From: a virus
Taxonomy: Duplodnaviria > Caudoviricetes
Virus record (IMG/VR): IMGVR_UViG_2936413993_000002
Coordinates: 11,053 to 75,052 of that record
Length of the DNA: 64,000 nt
Reading direction: 5' to 3' (one strand)
Program-made: the position numbers and the translations under genes
In this document: positions 51,852-61,050 of the stretch, piece by piece
Layout of the letters: every line of letters starts with the position of its first letter
How positions within the stretch are numbered: the first letter of the stretch is position 1
Notes under the pieces: model-generated
What the model was told of the DNA's origin: nothing
Database searches by the model: none
The model's input: the letters and a program-made list of their open reading frames with translations, nothing else

Positions 51852-51880
51852 TTTACATATGTAAACAAATATAGTATAAT
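51852..51880 (+). promoter_or_regulatory. Sigma-A promoter containing palindrome TTTACATATGTAAA
   Basis: TTTACA-17-TATAAT upstream of SD AAGGAGGTGA. Confidence 0.7.
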
Positions 51881-51903
51881 ATAATTAAGGAGGTGAGATA
51901 TGG

Positions 51904-52113
51904 TTGTGGTATGAGAAACTGTTTTACATTATCACTCTCATAGGTGCTACATTCTACACAATAGAAAAGTTTGCTAATCTTATACAAAAGATACTAAACA
52001 TCATAGCTACATACGAATCATTAATCACACGTATCAAAGGTATGAGAAAGCAACCAAAGAAACATAAGCCACCTAAGAGAAAAAGAAAACCTTCTCCACA
52101 TAGAAGAAGGTAG
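51904..52113 (+). CDS. YonT-like type I toxin (TM helix plus very basic tail)
   Basis: Hydrophobic N-terminus and KKHKPPKRKRKPSPHRRR tail, same architecture as SPbeta YonT. Confidence 0.6.
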   Translation: MWYEKLFYIITLIGATFYTIEKFANLIQKILNIIATYESLITRIKGMRKQPKKHKPPKRKRKPSPHRRR

Positions 52114-52187
52114 GTTACCGACAAGGGAAGAAGTTTAGCGACAGATTCCCTTGTTAATAAATAATATATACCACAACTCAAATCAAT

Positions 52188-52361
52188 ATGCAAATATTCA
52201 AATCAGATTATTTATTCCTAATTGTCTTGATCATTTATTGGATCACTCGCTTTGTATCTGATACATCACTAGGCACATTCCAAACTGCAGCAGACATCAT
52301 CATAGGCATAGGGACATTATTAGTAATCCTTTCTATTATCAAAAAGAAGGTGTCTAAATGA
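52188..52361 (+). CDS. 57-aa two-TM protein (YoyJ-like; not in ORF track)
   Basis: MQIFKSDYLFLIVLIIYWITRF...IIIGIGTLLVILSIIKKKVSK. Confidence 0.5.
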   Translation: MQIFKSDYLFLIVLIIYWITRFVSDTSLGTFQTAADIIIGIGTLLVILSIIKKKVSK

Positions 52362-52393
52362 GCCTTCTTATCCCTTGTTAAAGAGGTGAAACC

Positions 52394-52630
52394 ATGTATA
52401 CATTTAACAGTAAAGAAGAGTTAATAAAGTTTATTCAAACAGAAATAGTCAATACAAAAGAAGCTACTGAAATATTGAACACAACTAGACAAAATGTAAA
52501 AAGATTAGTTGATAGCGATATACTTATACCTATTAAAGTTATGGATAGGGATAGACTATTCTTTAAAGAAGATGTCCTTAAACGTAAAGAACATACAAAA
52601 GGGAAGTATAAACATAAGGATGTGAAATAA
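52394..52630 (+). CDS. Excisionase-like HTH (HTH_17) protein
   Basis: IVNTKEATEILNTTRQNVKRLV...LFFKEDV; SD AAGAGGTG. Confidence 0.8.
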   Translation: MYTFNSKEELIKFIQTEIVNTKEATEILNTTRQNVKRLVDSDILIPIKVMDRDRLFFKEDVLKRKEHTKGKYKHKDVK

Positions 52631-52654
52631 TTCATATCCTTTAGATAATATTTT

Positions 52655-52703
52655 AAATATAAATAAATTACTTATATACATATACTTAATTATATGTTAT
52701 AAT
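52655..52703 (+). promoter_or_regulatory. Early promoter with upstream AAATATAAATAAATTA box
   Basis: Box, TATACA-17-TGtTATAAT; near-identical copy at 53908. Confidence 0.65.
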
Positions 52704-52749
52704 AAGTATATAAGGTAATAACAAATCAAACTTAAAGGGGATCATTAAA

Positions 52750-53445
52750 ATGAACAACAAACAAACTCTAGTATTCAATCAATATGAAGTAACTGAACTA
52801 TCAACTAATGAATGGAATAGAGATATCACTAAACATATGGTAGCATACAAACAACTTAAAGATGCTGAGGTTATCACTGAAGAACAACTAAACAATCTAA
52901 TTGATTCTGGTTGCTACTTTTGGATCAAAGTTGTAAATAACAATCCTTTCTACAATAAAGACTCATACTTAATTGAACTTACTTTAATGTACACTAATAA
53001 AGCTATCTCACTATACATAAACAAAGAAGCTTTAAACAAACATGATGACACTGTAACAGAGGAAGTTGTTATAACTGAAGATATTCAAGAAGAAGCTAAC
53101 ACTATTGAGAATACTGAAGAAGTTTACTATACAGTTGCTAACATCTCATTCAAAACTTTAGAGGAAGCTCAGGTATACTGTGATGGTTCAGACTTTGAAT
53201 ATACGATTATCCAAGAAATAAAAGAAATAAATTATAATGATAAAATTGAAATAGAATCAACTAAACCAACTAAACAAGAAGAATCAAATTACTGGTATCA
53301 ATACTCTTTAAGAGGGTTCTCACCTTATTGTCAGCCTAAAGGACATGTTAAACTTGATGATTCAATAGGAAGATATGGAGCTATAGCATACAATAGACAA
53401 CTAACATCAAATGAGCTAGAAGAATATGAACTATTAGCAATATAA
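52750..53445 (+). CDS. Early protein with C-terminal DarA_C-like (defence against restriction) domain
   Basis: YQYSLRGFSPYCQPKG...YGAIAYNRQLTSNELEEYEL matches the pattern of DarA C-terminal polyvalent domains. Confidence 0.65.
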   Translation: MNNKQTLVFNQYEVTELSTNEWNRDITKHMVAYKQLKDAEVITEEQLNNLIDSGCYFWIKVVNNNPFYNKDSYLIELTLMYTNKAISLYINKEALNKHDDTVTEEVVITEDIQEEANTIENTEEVYYTVANISFKTLEEAQVYCDGSDFEYTIIQEIKEINYNDKIEIESTKPTKQEESNYWYQYSLRGFSPYCQPKGHVKLDDSIGRYGAIAYNRQLTSNELEEYELLAI

Positions 53446-53465
53446 TATAAATAAATTAAAAGGAG

Positions 53466-53909
53466 GTGTTTTTTATAACAACCTATCAAGGTAATAAACG
53501 TTTCTGTAATACATGTCAATATTCTCAAAACTGTAAGATGATAGACCATGACACTATTAAATTATTTCAGCCTTACTTTAAGACATATGAATCAATCAAA
53601 CAACTAAACGATATATGTTTCTATTATGAGCCTAAAGAATGGCTTACAAAGGAGTGGAAGGGATTAGACGAGTATATAAAATACTTAGACAAGGAAGTTT
53701 ATGTACATATTCATCCAGATCAAACAAAGTTAGACTATGATAGACGGATCTGTTTAGTGTATATGGGTAATCATTATTACGTTTCCTTATTTAGTTGGTT
53801 AGATGGTTCAGCTATCCAAGACGGTAAAATTAATTATATATTTTGGTTTGAAGTATTGAAGAATAAACGAATATTACGTAATGAAAAGGGATCTATAAAA
53901 ATAACCTAA
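53466..53909 (+). CDS. Hypothetical protein (start uncertain)
   Basis: 147 aa ORF; SD AAAGGAGG overlaps the annotated GTG. Confidence 0.55.
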   Translation: MFFITTYQGNKRFCNTCQYSQNCKMIDHDTIKLFQPYFKTYESIKQLNDICFYYEPKEWLTKEWKGLDEYIKYLDKEVYVHIHPDQTKLDYDRRICLVYMGNHYYVSLFSWLDGSAIQDGKINYIFWFEVLKNKRILRNEKGSIKIT

Positions 53910-53956
53910 ATATAAATAAATTACTTATATACATATAACTAATAATATGTTATAAT
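53908..53956 (+). promoter_or_regulatory. Early promoter with upstream AAATATAAATAAATTA box
   Basis: Duplicate of the 52655 promoter. Confidence 0.65.
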
Positions 53957-54004
53957 TTAATTAAAGATAAGGAATTAAATATAAAATTAAAGGAGACGAT
54001 TAAC

Positions 54005-55117
54005 ATGATCCAAGTAACTTTAAACGCTAATGAATTCAAACACTCAGGTAAACATAACGATAGAGAATACACTTCATTAAGAGTTGACCGTACTAGCAAC
54101 GGAAGAGTATATTTTACAACTATTAACAATGGAATTAGATTATCTACAATGGCAAAGCAAATGCAATTAATTGACGGTCAAGTTATTATCTCATTTGGTA
54201 AAGAAGATAAGTTAATTATTGGTACATACGTAGTTGCAGAAGCTCCTCAAGTATTTGAAGAAGTTATCTCTGAAGATACTCAAGAAACAAATATCATTGC
54301 AGTAGATTTTAAAAATATAATTTCAGAACTAGAGATGAAAAAAATTAAGATATGTTTCTTGAAAAATCAAAATTTATATATCGAGGATAGAGAAAATAAT
54401 TTATATCAAATGGAATTATATAGACAAGGTTCACATCTCGATCAATTGATTAAAGATGGAATTATAGTCAAATTTATTCAAATAGAGAACCACTTAGCTA
54501 ATAATGTGAGAGATACGGAAAAAGAAATCTGGAGTATTTCTGATGTTGAAGACTTCATAAAAAGGCACTTTCTACAAGAAACACCAGTCAACACAGAAGA
54601 AAAAACTCTAGTCGATACCTACACAACAAACGAATATAAAATTGAATTATTCTCTTCACTTGATAAACATAACCATAAAGCGGTTCTATTAGGTGAGACT
54701 ATATATAAATATCATGTTACATTCACAGATAATATCACTGGATTAATCAATCATGAACTATCTGACTTTGTGTATTTATCCTTAGAAGCTGCGTTAAAAG
54801 GAATTAAACTGTATATAGATAATCATACAACTATGGACACTACAGACGAATCAACGCTAAACAAAACAGCATCTAAACCTAAACAAACTATAATAGACTC
54901 AATTCCAGACACTCATATGTTAGCTGATTACGCTAATATTCTTATTGATAAGGGGAAAGTATCCATTAATTACACAAACAATAACCAGGAAGCAATAGCA
55001 ACGTTTAAATATAGAAAGTCTTGGTCAATGCGAAAATATATCGATTATGTATTCAATAATAGTAATATCAAGCCATCCTGGGAATTTAAATATGGATGGG
55101 AGTACCTTAGTAAATAA
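54005..55117 (+). CDS. Multidomain early hypothetical protein
   Basis: 370 aa; SD AAAGGAG; domains separated by Thr/Glu-rich linkers. Confidence 0.7.
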   Translation: MIQVTLNANEFKHSGKHNDREYTSLRVDRTSNGRVYFTTINNGIRLSTMAKQMQLIDGQVIISFGKEDKLIIGTYVVAEAPQVFEEVISEDTQETNIIAVDFKNIISELEMKKIKICFLKNQNLYIEDRENNLYQMELYRQGSHLDQLIKDGIIVKFIQIENHLANNVRDTEKEIWSISDVEDFIKRHFLQETPVNTEEKTLVDTYTTNEYKIELFSSLDKHNHKAVLLGETIYKYHVTFTDNITGLINHELSDFVYLSLEAALKGIKLYIDNHTTMDTTDESTLNKTASKPKQTIIDSIPDTHMLADYANILIDKGKVSINYTNNNQEAIATFKYRKSWSMRKYIDYVFNNSNIKPSWEFKYGWEYLSK

Positions 55118-55183
55118 CCATCTGCATATCTATCCATATGACATATTATCAACTGTATATAACTAACAAAGGAGAACTAACAA

Positions 55184-55396
55184 ATGAACAATGATAAAAT
55201 CAAACAATGGATACACAATAACCTAGTTATGCAAGAAGAAGCTATGCAGATTACTAAACAATCTAAGCCAGGCTTTAATCAATCAGTTGCTGCAGGCTCA
55301 ATCAAGCCATTTGTAGAATACGGTACGAATAGAAAGATAAGATTATATTTGAAGTCTGATTTAGAAGAATATGCTAGGACTAAAAGACAGCGATAA
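55184..55396 (+). CDS. HTH_17-like DNA-binding protein
   Basis: EEAMQITKQSKPGFNQSVAAG.IKP...RLYLKSDL; paralog of 59445. Confidence 0.75.
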   Translation: MNNDKIKQWIHNNLVMQEEAMQITKQSKPGFNQSVAAGSIKPFVEYGTNRKIRLYLKSDLEEYARTKRQR

Positions 55397-55531
55397 ACAT
55401 TAGTAAAAACTTTAAATAAAATTAAATTACTAATGTTCGTTACGTTGCTTTTATGATATAATAGAGGAGTAGAGTTCTATTCTTTTTCAAGTGGGCTAAT
55501 ATATAATAAATTAATAGAAAGGTAGGTAATA

Positions 55532-55720
55532 ATGTTCGGATTAACTTATTCAATTTCGGGTAACTATCCTAAACAGGGACGAAAGAACATAAAAGAGATA
55601 ACTAGGTTACATACATTACTATTACATGAAACTGATCCAGTAGTAAAGGAACAAATAGAGTATCAATTGAATATGTGTAAATGTCTAAGCTGGAAAGATT
55701 ATAAAATATTATTTAAATAA
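55532..55720 (+). CDS. Hypothetical protein
   Basis: 62 aa; SD-like GAAAGGTAGG. Confidence 0.5.
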   Translation: MFGLTYSISGNYPKQGRKNIKEITRLHTLLLHETDPVVKEQIEYQLNMCKCLSWKDYKILFK

Positions 55721-55739
55721 TTATAAGAAGGTGAATTAA

Positions 55740-55931
55740 ATGGACGTAAGAAAAGAAGTATTCTTCTGTTATGACTTAGACTTAGCAGATTATCTTAGAA
55801 CAAATAAACAACCGTATTATACAATCGCATCTAATCCTAAAACTCAACGTATATTTACGTTATTTAAAAGAACAGACTTGTTAACGAGTTACATAAATAC
55901 ATATAAGTCATTGACTAATAGTAAATTATAA
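55740..55931 (+). CDS. Small protein, DUF5659-like
   Basis: FFCYD..LADYL......Y..IA.NPKT...F.LF.RT..L pattern. Confidence 0.55.
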   Translation: MDVRKEVFFCYDLDLADYLRTNKQPYYTIASNPKTQRIFTLFKRTDLLTSYINTYKSLTNSKL

Positions 55932-55969
55932 GCAACCATATTAAATTCTAAAGGAGTAAAATTCCATCA

Positions 55970-57127
55970 ATGAATATAAGTAAATTACAAATAGGAAAAG
56001 AATATAAAAATTATAAAGTTTTATGTTCAGAGCTTGGTGAACCTATTAAATCTGGTAAATCTAAAATACTTCAGCTTGAACAATTTAAGAATCATTTTAG
56101 CTATGAGAAAAAAGGCAATAAATTTGTAATAAGTAAAGTCTTTGATTTACCTGCACAATCCAATGCAAAGGTTAAAGGTAGAAAGCTGGATAAACATACT
56201 GACTTAGTTAGAAGTTTAATACTTGATGAACTAAATAACAGTGATAACGATGGTCATTTATTCATAACTGCTAATCAATTATTAAAAAGTGTAGATATGA
56301 TAAATACAAATTATACATATGCAAAAAGAAAACTGTTACGATTTGCAAAATATATCGATATGGGACTTGATGAAGTACAAGAATTTTTTACAACTTCTGA
56401 TAGTATGTTAAAAAGATCAATAGAATCAGCACTTAACAGTCTTCAAAATGAAAGTTTAATTATTTGGAATAGTGCTTTAACTGTGTGTAAAGCTGATTTA
56501 GAAACTCTAACATATAATGATTTAGGTGAAGTTCAATTAGATGTTACGGAAACTTACAACGAGTTTGAAGAAGTAAATTCAGAAGCTAAACTACTCAACT
56601 CAAAAGGTAAATTTATTCATCGTAAAGCTACAGAAGAGGAAGCAAAACTAATAGTTACCGAACGCAAAAGATTACTAAAAACTGTATATAAATGTGACAA
56701 TGTTCAAGAGGTTTTCAGAAAGAATAAACAGGATGAATTCTATCAGGAATTAAGAAGTATCCTTATGGAGAAAGCTAACATTTACTTTTTTTATAATTCT
56801 TATGAAATAACATTCACAGAGGAATACGTTAATGAAGAATGGAATGAGATGATGGAATACCAAATTAATAGATTAAAAGGAAATGTAGATATCAGAGAGA
56901 TAGTTAATGATAGTGTAATTAATAAACTCCAGGCGAATTCATTAAGAAGACATAAAAAAGCATTAATTACTGATACAAGTAAAAAGAGTATAGCTGCAGC
57001 ATCTAGAATAAATATGAGAATGAAAGATACATACGCAGAAAATCAGAACAGATTATCGGAACTGTTAATATATAATAAAGCAATTAGCATCTTTAATGAT
57101 ATGGAAGAGGTAAATGTTCAGTCTTAA
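55970..57127 (+). CDS. Putative DNA-binding/replication-initiator-like protein (YonV-like)
   Basis: 385 aa; N-terminal YKNYKVLC.ELGE..KSGKSK..QL domain; followed by an inverted repeat. Confidence 0.5.
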   Translation: MNISKLQIGKEYKNYKVLCSELGEPIKSGKSKILQLEQFKNHFSYEKKGNKFVISKVFDLPAQSNAKVKGRKLDKHTDLVRSLILDELNNSDNDGHLFITANQLLKSVDMINTNYTYAKRKLLRFAKYIDMGLDEVQEFFTTSDSMLKRSIESALNSLQNESLIIWNSALTVCKADLETLTYNDLGEVQLDVTETYNEFEEVNSEAKLLNSKGKFIHRKATEEEAKLIVTERKRLLKTVYKCDNVQEVFRKNKQDEFYQELRSILMEKANIYFFYNSYEITFTEEYVNEEWNEMMEYQINRLKGNVDIREIVNDSVINKLQANSLRRHKKALITDTSKKSIAAASRINMRMKDTYAENQNRLSELLIYNKAISIFNDMEEVNVQS

Positions 57128-57140
57128 TATAAATAAATTA

Positions 57141-57210
57141 AAAGTTGTCACCTAATACCTCTCCTTAATTATTATTATTTATAAATGGAAAACAAATAGG
57201 TGACAACTTT
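57141..57210. repeat. 14-bp perfect inverted repeat with 42-nt AT-rich spacer
   Basis: AAAGTTGTCACCTA (57141-57154) / TAGGTGACAACTTT (57197-57210). Confidence 0.8.
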
Positions 57211-57345
57211 CACAACTTAAATTTTAATAATAGAAAATAGGCTTGCCAGCCCACTTTTGCAAAGAACGCAAAAGTTCCTTGGCGTTCAGACAAAGTAAAC
57301 CACTTTGTCTTCTCATAAATTTATTATATTGGAGGTTTTGTATTA

Positions 57346-58281
57346 ATGAATACAAGTAAATTAGAAGTAGGGAAAACGTATAAAAACTATAAAGAACTAT
57401 GCCTATCAATGGGAGAAAAAGTTAAAACGAGTAAATCAAAACTAAAACATATAGACGACATGTCTAAGTATTTCATCACAAAAAGATGGGGCGACAACTT
57501 TATTGTATTACACATATATGATAAACCATTAGAATTGAATAATAAAGAAGAATGGATGAATAAATTAATCTCATATTTAGAAGTTAAACATTTTAAATAT
57601 TCAAGTGAATCCACAATTTTTCTAAGAGGAGACTCAATAATAAAAGAAATTAAATTTCTATTAAACGAGCATATTAATAATAAAATCCAAGCAATAAACA
57701 AGGTTGTTGAAGTTAGTACGAAAAATATTGAAATTTATTACAACTTAGATGACAGTGGAATATTAGAGTACATAGACATAGCATTGAGAAAATTAAGAGG
57801 ACAATGTAAATTATACTATGATAGATATGATATTATTAATCAAAGATTTAAAGTTTTAGTTAATTCTAGTCATTATAAACGTGAAATTATCAAAGATGAT
57901 ATTAATAAATTGAAACTTGAAAATTATTTAATTGAAGGAAATTCAGTGATACAAGGGATTTATGCAATTGTTAATTGTATAAATGGCAAAAAATATATAG
58001 GTAGTTCAGTAGATATAAATAGGAGAATTAAAGATCACTTTTCAGATTTAAAGAAAGAAGAACATCATAACTACAAATTAAAAGATGATTATAGTAAATA
58101 TGGAAATGATAGTTTCAAGGTTATTATTTTGGAGGAAGTAAACAATAAAAAAGATCTTCCGTCAAAGGAAAAAATCTGGATAAATGAATTTGGTGGACTT
58201 TATAGTGATTTCTTGTATAATATGTCTGATCCTATGAAGGAAGAGGGAGTAATAAAAAATAGATCTCGGAAATTCAATTAA
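57346..58281 (+). CDS. GIY-YIG endonuclease with N-terminal domain paralogous to the 55970 protein
   Basis: GIYAIVNCINGKKYIGSS...R...H...HHN...YN; N-terminal YKNYKELCLSMGEKVK. Confidence 0.85.
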   Translation: MNTSKLEVGKTYKNYKELCLSMGEKVKTSKSKLKHIDDMSKYFITKRWGDNFIVLHIYDKPLELNNKEEWMNKLISYLEVKHFKYSSESTIFLRGDSIIKEIKFLLNEHINNKIQAINKVVEVSTKNIEIYYNLDDSGILEYIDIALRKLRGQCKLYYDRYDIINQRFKVLVNSSHYKREIIKDDINKLKLENYLIEGNSVIQGIYAIVNCINGKKYIGSSVDINRRIKDHFSDLKKEEHHNYKLKDDYSKYGNDSFKVIILEEVNNKKDLPSKEKIWINEFGGLYSDFLYNMSDPMKEEGVIKNRSRKFN

Positions 58282-58385
58282 CAACCTAGCCAAACATCAA
58301 GCATAACCTATACAGAAAAACAAATTCACCTCAGCCAGCTATCACACTAGGGAAGCTTTAATTAGTTTCCTTTTTAAAAAAGTTA

Positions 58386-58434
58386 AAATATAAATAAATT
58401 AACAGTTGATATTTTATAACTTATTTGTTATGAT
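58386..58434 (+). promoter_or_regulatory. Early promoter with upstream box
   Basis: AAATATAAATAAATTAA, TTGATA-17-TATGAT. Confidence 0.6.
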
Positions 58435-58493
58435 TTAAGTATCAGGTAAGGGAATACAAAATACATAAATAAAAATAAATTACAAAAGGGAGA

Positions 58494-58796
58494 TTGGTAA
58501 TAATGAATATTAAAATGAATGAGATAGAATTAAAGCAAGTATATACTTATAACAAAGATGCAATCACATCTCTAGATTATGCAAATAACTTAGCTTGTAA
58601 ACATGGATTAAGCTCTTGGAATAGTAATGAATTTGAGCCTGAATTAACCAAAATGGTTAAGAAAGGTATTGTTTCTAAAATATATGACTTCGTAACTGAT
58701 GGATTCAGAGAAGCACTTTATGAATTCCAAGACGGTAATCAAATCACTTTTCATGGTGAAAACCATATGAAGACTAAATTATATTACAACTATTGA
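58494..58796 (+). CDS. Hypothetical protein
   Basis: About 100 aa after the promoter; followed by hairpin GCCGGT...ACCGGT. Confidence 0.6.
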   Translation: MVIMNIKMNEIELKQVYTYNKDAITSLDYANNLACKHGLSSWNSNEFEPELTKMVKKGIVSKIYDFVTDGFREALYEFQDGNQITFHGENHMKTKLYYNY

Positions 58797-58835
58797 GCCG
58801 GTTTATACCGGTTCTTTATAGAAGGTGATGAATAT

Positions 58836-59054
58836 ATGCGTAAACAATCTATGATGGGATCATCTAAGTATGAATTTAGTCCGGAACAGATTGATAAAGA
58901 TATACAGAATAAAATTGATAAGCATCAGCAGCTTAAACGATCCATCCATAATTCGATTATGGAATTTATTAGTAGTGAACCTCATAAAATGGATCAGACT
59001 TTCTCAACGATATTGGAAGTAATGAGAGAGATTAAACAAGAGTATAAATTATAA
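58836..59054 (+). CDS. Hypothetical protein
   Basis: 72 aa; SD GAAGGTG. Confidence 0.6.
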   Translation: MRKQSMMGSSKYEFSPEQIDKDIQNKIDKHQQLKRSIHNSIMEFISSEPHKMDQTFSTILEVMREIKQEYKL

Positions 59055-59082
59055 TATTTAAGTATTTAAAGGGAGATTTTCG

Positions 59083-59313
59083 ATGATAAAAGTAACTTTA
59101 AAAAATAATAAAACTAATGAAGAAATCGAAACATATTACAGTATCAGAAATTTAATTAGTCATGGTGGAGAAGATTTGCTAGTTGAAAATATCATTGAAA
59201 ATAACGTATGTCATTGCAAACCAGTGGGAGAAAAAAATGTAATCGAATGTAACTGTTGGGAAGAATGGGAAAACACGACATTGATTATTGATGAAGATAA
59301 TATGTATAGCTGA
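59083..59313 (+). CDS. Hypothetical Cys-containing protein
   Basis: 76 aa; CHC...ECNC; SD AAGGGAG. Confidence 0.6.
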   Translation: MIKVTLKNNKTNEEIETYYSIRNLISHGGEDLLVENIIENNVCHCKPVGEKNVIECNCWEEWENTTLIIDEDNMYS

Positions 59314-59444
59314 AAAATAACAAATTAAAAGAAACATTTTTCTTCTTAATTATTGGCTTATTTAAGCCGTTTTTTCTCGCTCTTAACATATACGACTATC
59401 TATGTTAAAATAAAACAAATAAACATTTCTGGAGGCTTTATAAG

Positions 59445-59648
59445 ATGAATAGTGAGCAATTGAAAAAATGGATAGAGGAAAACTTACTAACACCTAGAGA
59501 TGCTATGGAAATAACTAATCAAACTAGATCAGCTTTTAATCAATCAGTTGCAAATGGACATTTGAAGCCTTATATATCTAAGGATACAGTTAGGTTATAT
59601 TTGAAATCAGATGTAGAAAAATATGCTAAAAATAAAAGAATGAGATGA
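59445..59648 (+). CDS. HTH_17-like DNA-binding protein
   Basis: RDAMEITNQTRSAFNQSVANG.LKP...RLYLKSDV; SD GGAGG. Confidence 0.75.
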   Translation: MNSEQLKKWIEENLLTPRDAMEITNQTRSAFNQSVANGHLKPYISKDTVRLYLKSDVEKYAKNKRMR

Positions 59649-59752
59649 TTTATAAGAAAGTTTGATTCAACACTTTACATATACAGTTGTATATGATAAA
59701 ATTAAGTCAGTTAAGAAATAATAAAAATAAATTACATAGAGGAGTGATTTAA

Positions 59753-60040
59753 TTGAAAATGATAGTTAACGAAATCAAAGAAAAAAATTACTTGTACTTT
59801 ATGGAAGAAGTGAAGTTATATCAGATTTATTGGTCTATGAATAATAAGGAGTTTATATCACAAATCATAATTAATTCAGATTTAACAAACCAAATAGTAG
59901 TATCCGATGAGCATTATAAAAAGAATAGATATGGAAATTACAAACCTGCTAGAAATTGTGACATAGGTAAGAAGGATGTAATCAATGAAATAAAGCAACA
60001 GTTAGTATCGGAATTTTTAAAATTTAAAGAGTTGGACTGA
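59753..60040 (+). CDS. Hypothetical protein
   Basis: 95 aa; SD GAGGAG; promoter TTTACA-17-TAAAAT upstream. Confidence 0.55.
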   Translation: MKMIVNEIKEKNYLYFMEEVKLYQIYWSMNNKEFISQIIINSDLTNQIVVSDEHYKKNRYGNYKPARNCDIGKKDVINEIKQQLVSEFLKFKELD

Positions 60041-60117
60041 CTAGTCAAACAAGACTAGTCTAAAAGAAAGTAAATAACATTATAAAATGTAAGTTTTATC
60101 TAATAAGAATCTATTTT

Positions 60118-60166
60118 AAATATAATTAAATTAACAATTGAAATGTTTGTGTATACGATTTATAAT
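60118..60166 (+). promoter_or_regulatory. Early promoter with upstream box
   Basis: AAATATAATTAAATTAA, TTGAAA-17-TATAAT. Confidence 0.65.
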
Positions 60167-60229
60167 AGAAGTAACAAGAAAATGAAGATAAGGAAAATAT
60201 AAATAATTTACATAATAGGAGGAGTTAAT

Positions 60230-60454
60230 ATGCTTGAAATTAAAAATTGTACTGATTATTTAGAGGGGAATTATTTCTCAGATATTACTTTCATTTCAGA
60301 GAATCAAGGAAACTTATACTTTACTGCACAGGATGAAGACGAGGATCAATTAGCTTATATCATGTTTGAATATACGAATGATGATAGCTGCTTTGTTAAT
60401 GTGAAATATGGAGAAAATGAACCTTATATGACGTTGGAACAGTTAGTAAAATAA
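60230..60454 (+). CDS. Acidic hypothetical protein
   Basis: 74 aa; SD AGGAGG. Confidence 0.6.
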   Translation: MLEIKNCTDYLEGNYFSDITFISENQGNLYFTAQDEDEDQLAYIMFEYTNDDSCFVNVKYGENEPYMTLEQLVK

Positions 60455-60480
60455 GGATTTTAAAAGAAGAAGGAGTGAAA

Positions 60481-60645
60481 ATGATGAAAGAAACTGTAAT
60501 AAGAATGTTGAATGTTTATAAAGAACAGGTTAACAAATTAAAAAAAGATTTTAGGAATGGTAACACTAACTTTTGTGAGAAGGACTATAAAATCCAATTA
60601 AATATATGGGAAAATCGAATAAAACAATATGAGGATATGCTTTAA
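60481..60645 (+). CDS. 54-aa hypothetical protein (not in ORF track)
   Basis: SD AAGGAG; MMKETVIRMLNVYKEQVNKLKKDF...QYEDML. Confidence 0.55.
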   Translation: MMKETVIRMLNVYKEQVNKLKKDFRNGNTNFCEKDYKIQLNIWENRIKQYEDML

Positions 60646-60714
60646 TAAAATGAATCTTTTATTTAATTAGTCACGAAGCTGCAAATACATATTAGAATAA
60701 GAAAGGAAGAATTT

Positions 60715-61008
60715 ATGGCTGAGTGGGTAGAATGTGAACAGTGTAAGAATTTATATAGAATGGAAAAGCCTTTTGTTTGTAAAGACTGTAACAACATTAA
60801 TTCCTTCAAAAATAAAATTAATGAAACTGTTTATTATTGGAAAAATCTTAATGTTTATAAAGCAACTTTACTTAATGTGAATGATAATGGTCAGTTATTA
60901 TTGATTTTGCCGAATGGAGAATGGTTGATAAAAAATTTTAGAGATGTCATAACAAACAATAGGTTTAAAAAAGAAGGGTTAGAAGCTTATCTTTTACCAA
61001 GAATCTAA
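60715..61008 (+). CDS. Zn-ribbon hypothetical protein
   Basis: CEQC...CKDC; SD AAAGGA. Confidence 0.6.
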   Translation: MAEWVECEQCKNLYRMEKPFVCKDCNNINSFKNKINETVYYWKNLNVYKATLLNVNDNGQLLLILPNGEWLIKNFRDVITNNRFKKEGLEAYLLPRI

Positions 61009-61050
61009 GGATTATAAATAACATTTTAGGAGATAAAAGGAGTGTTTTAA

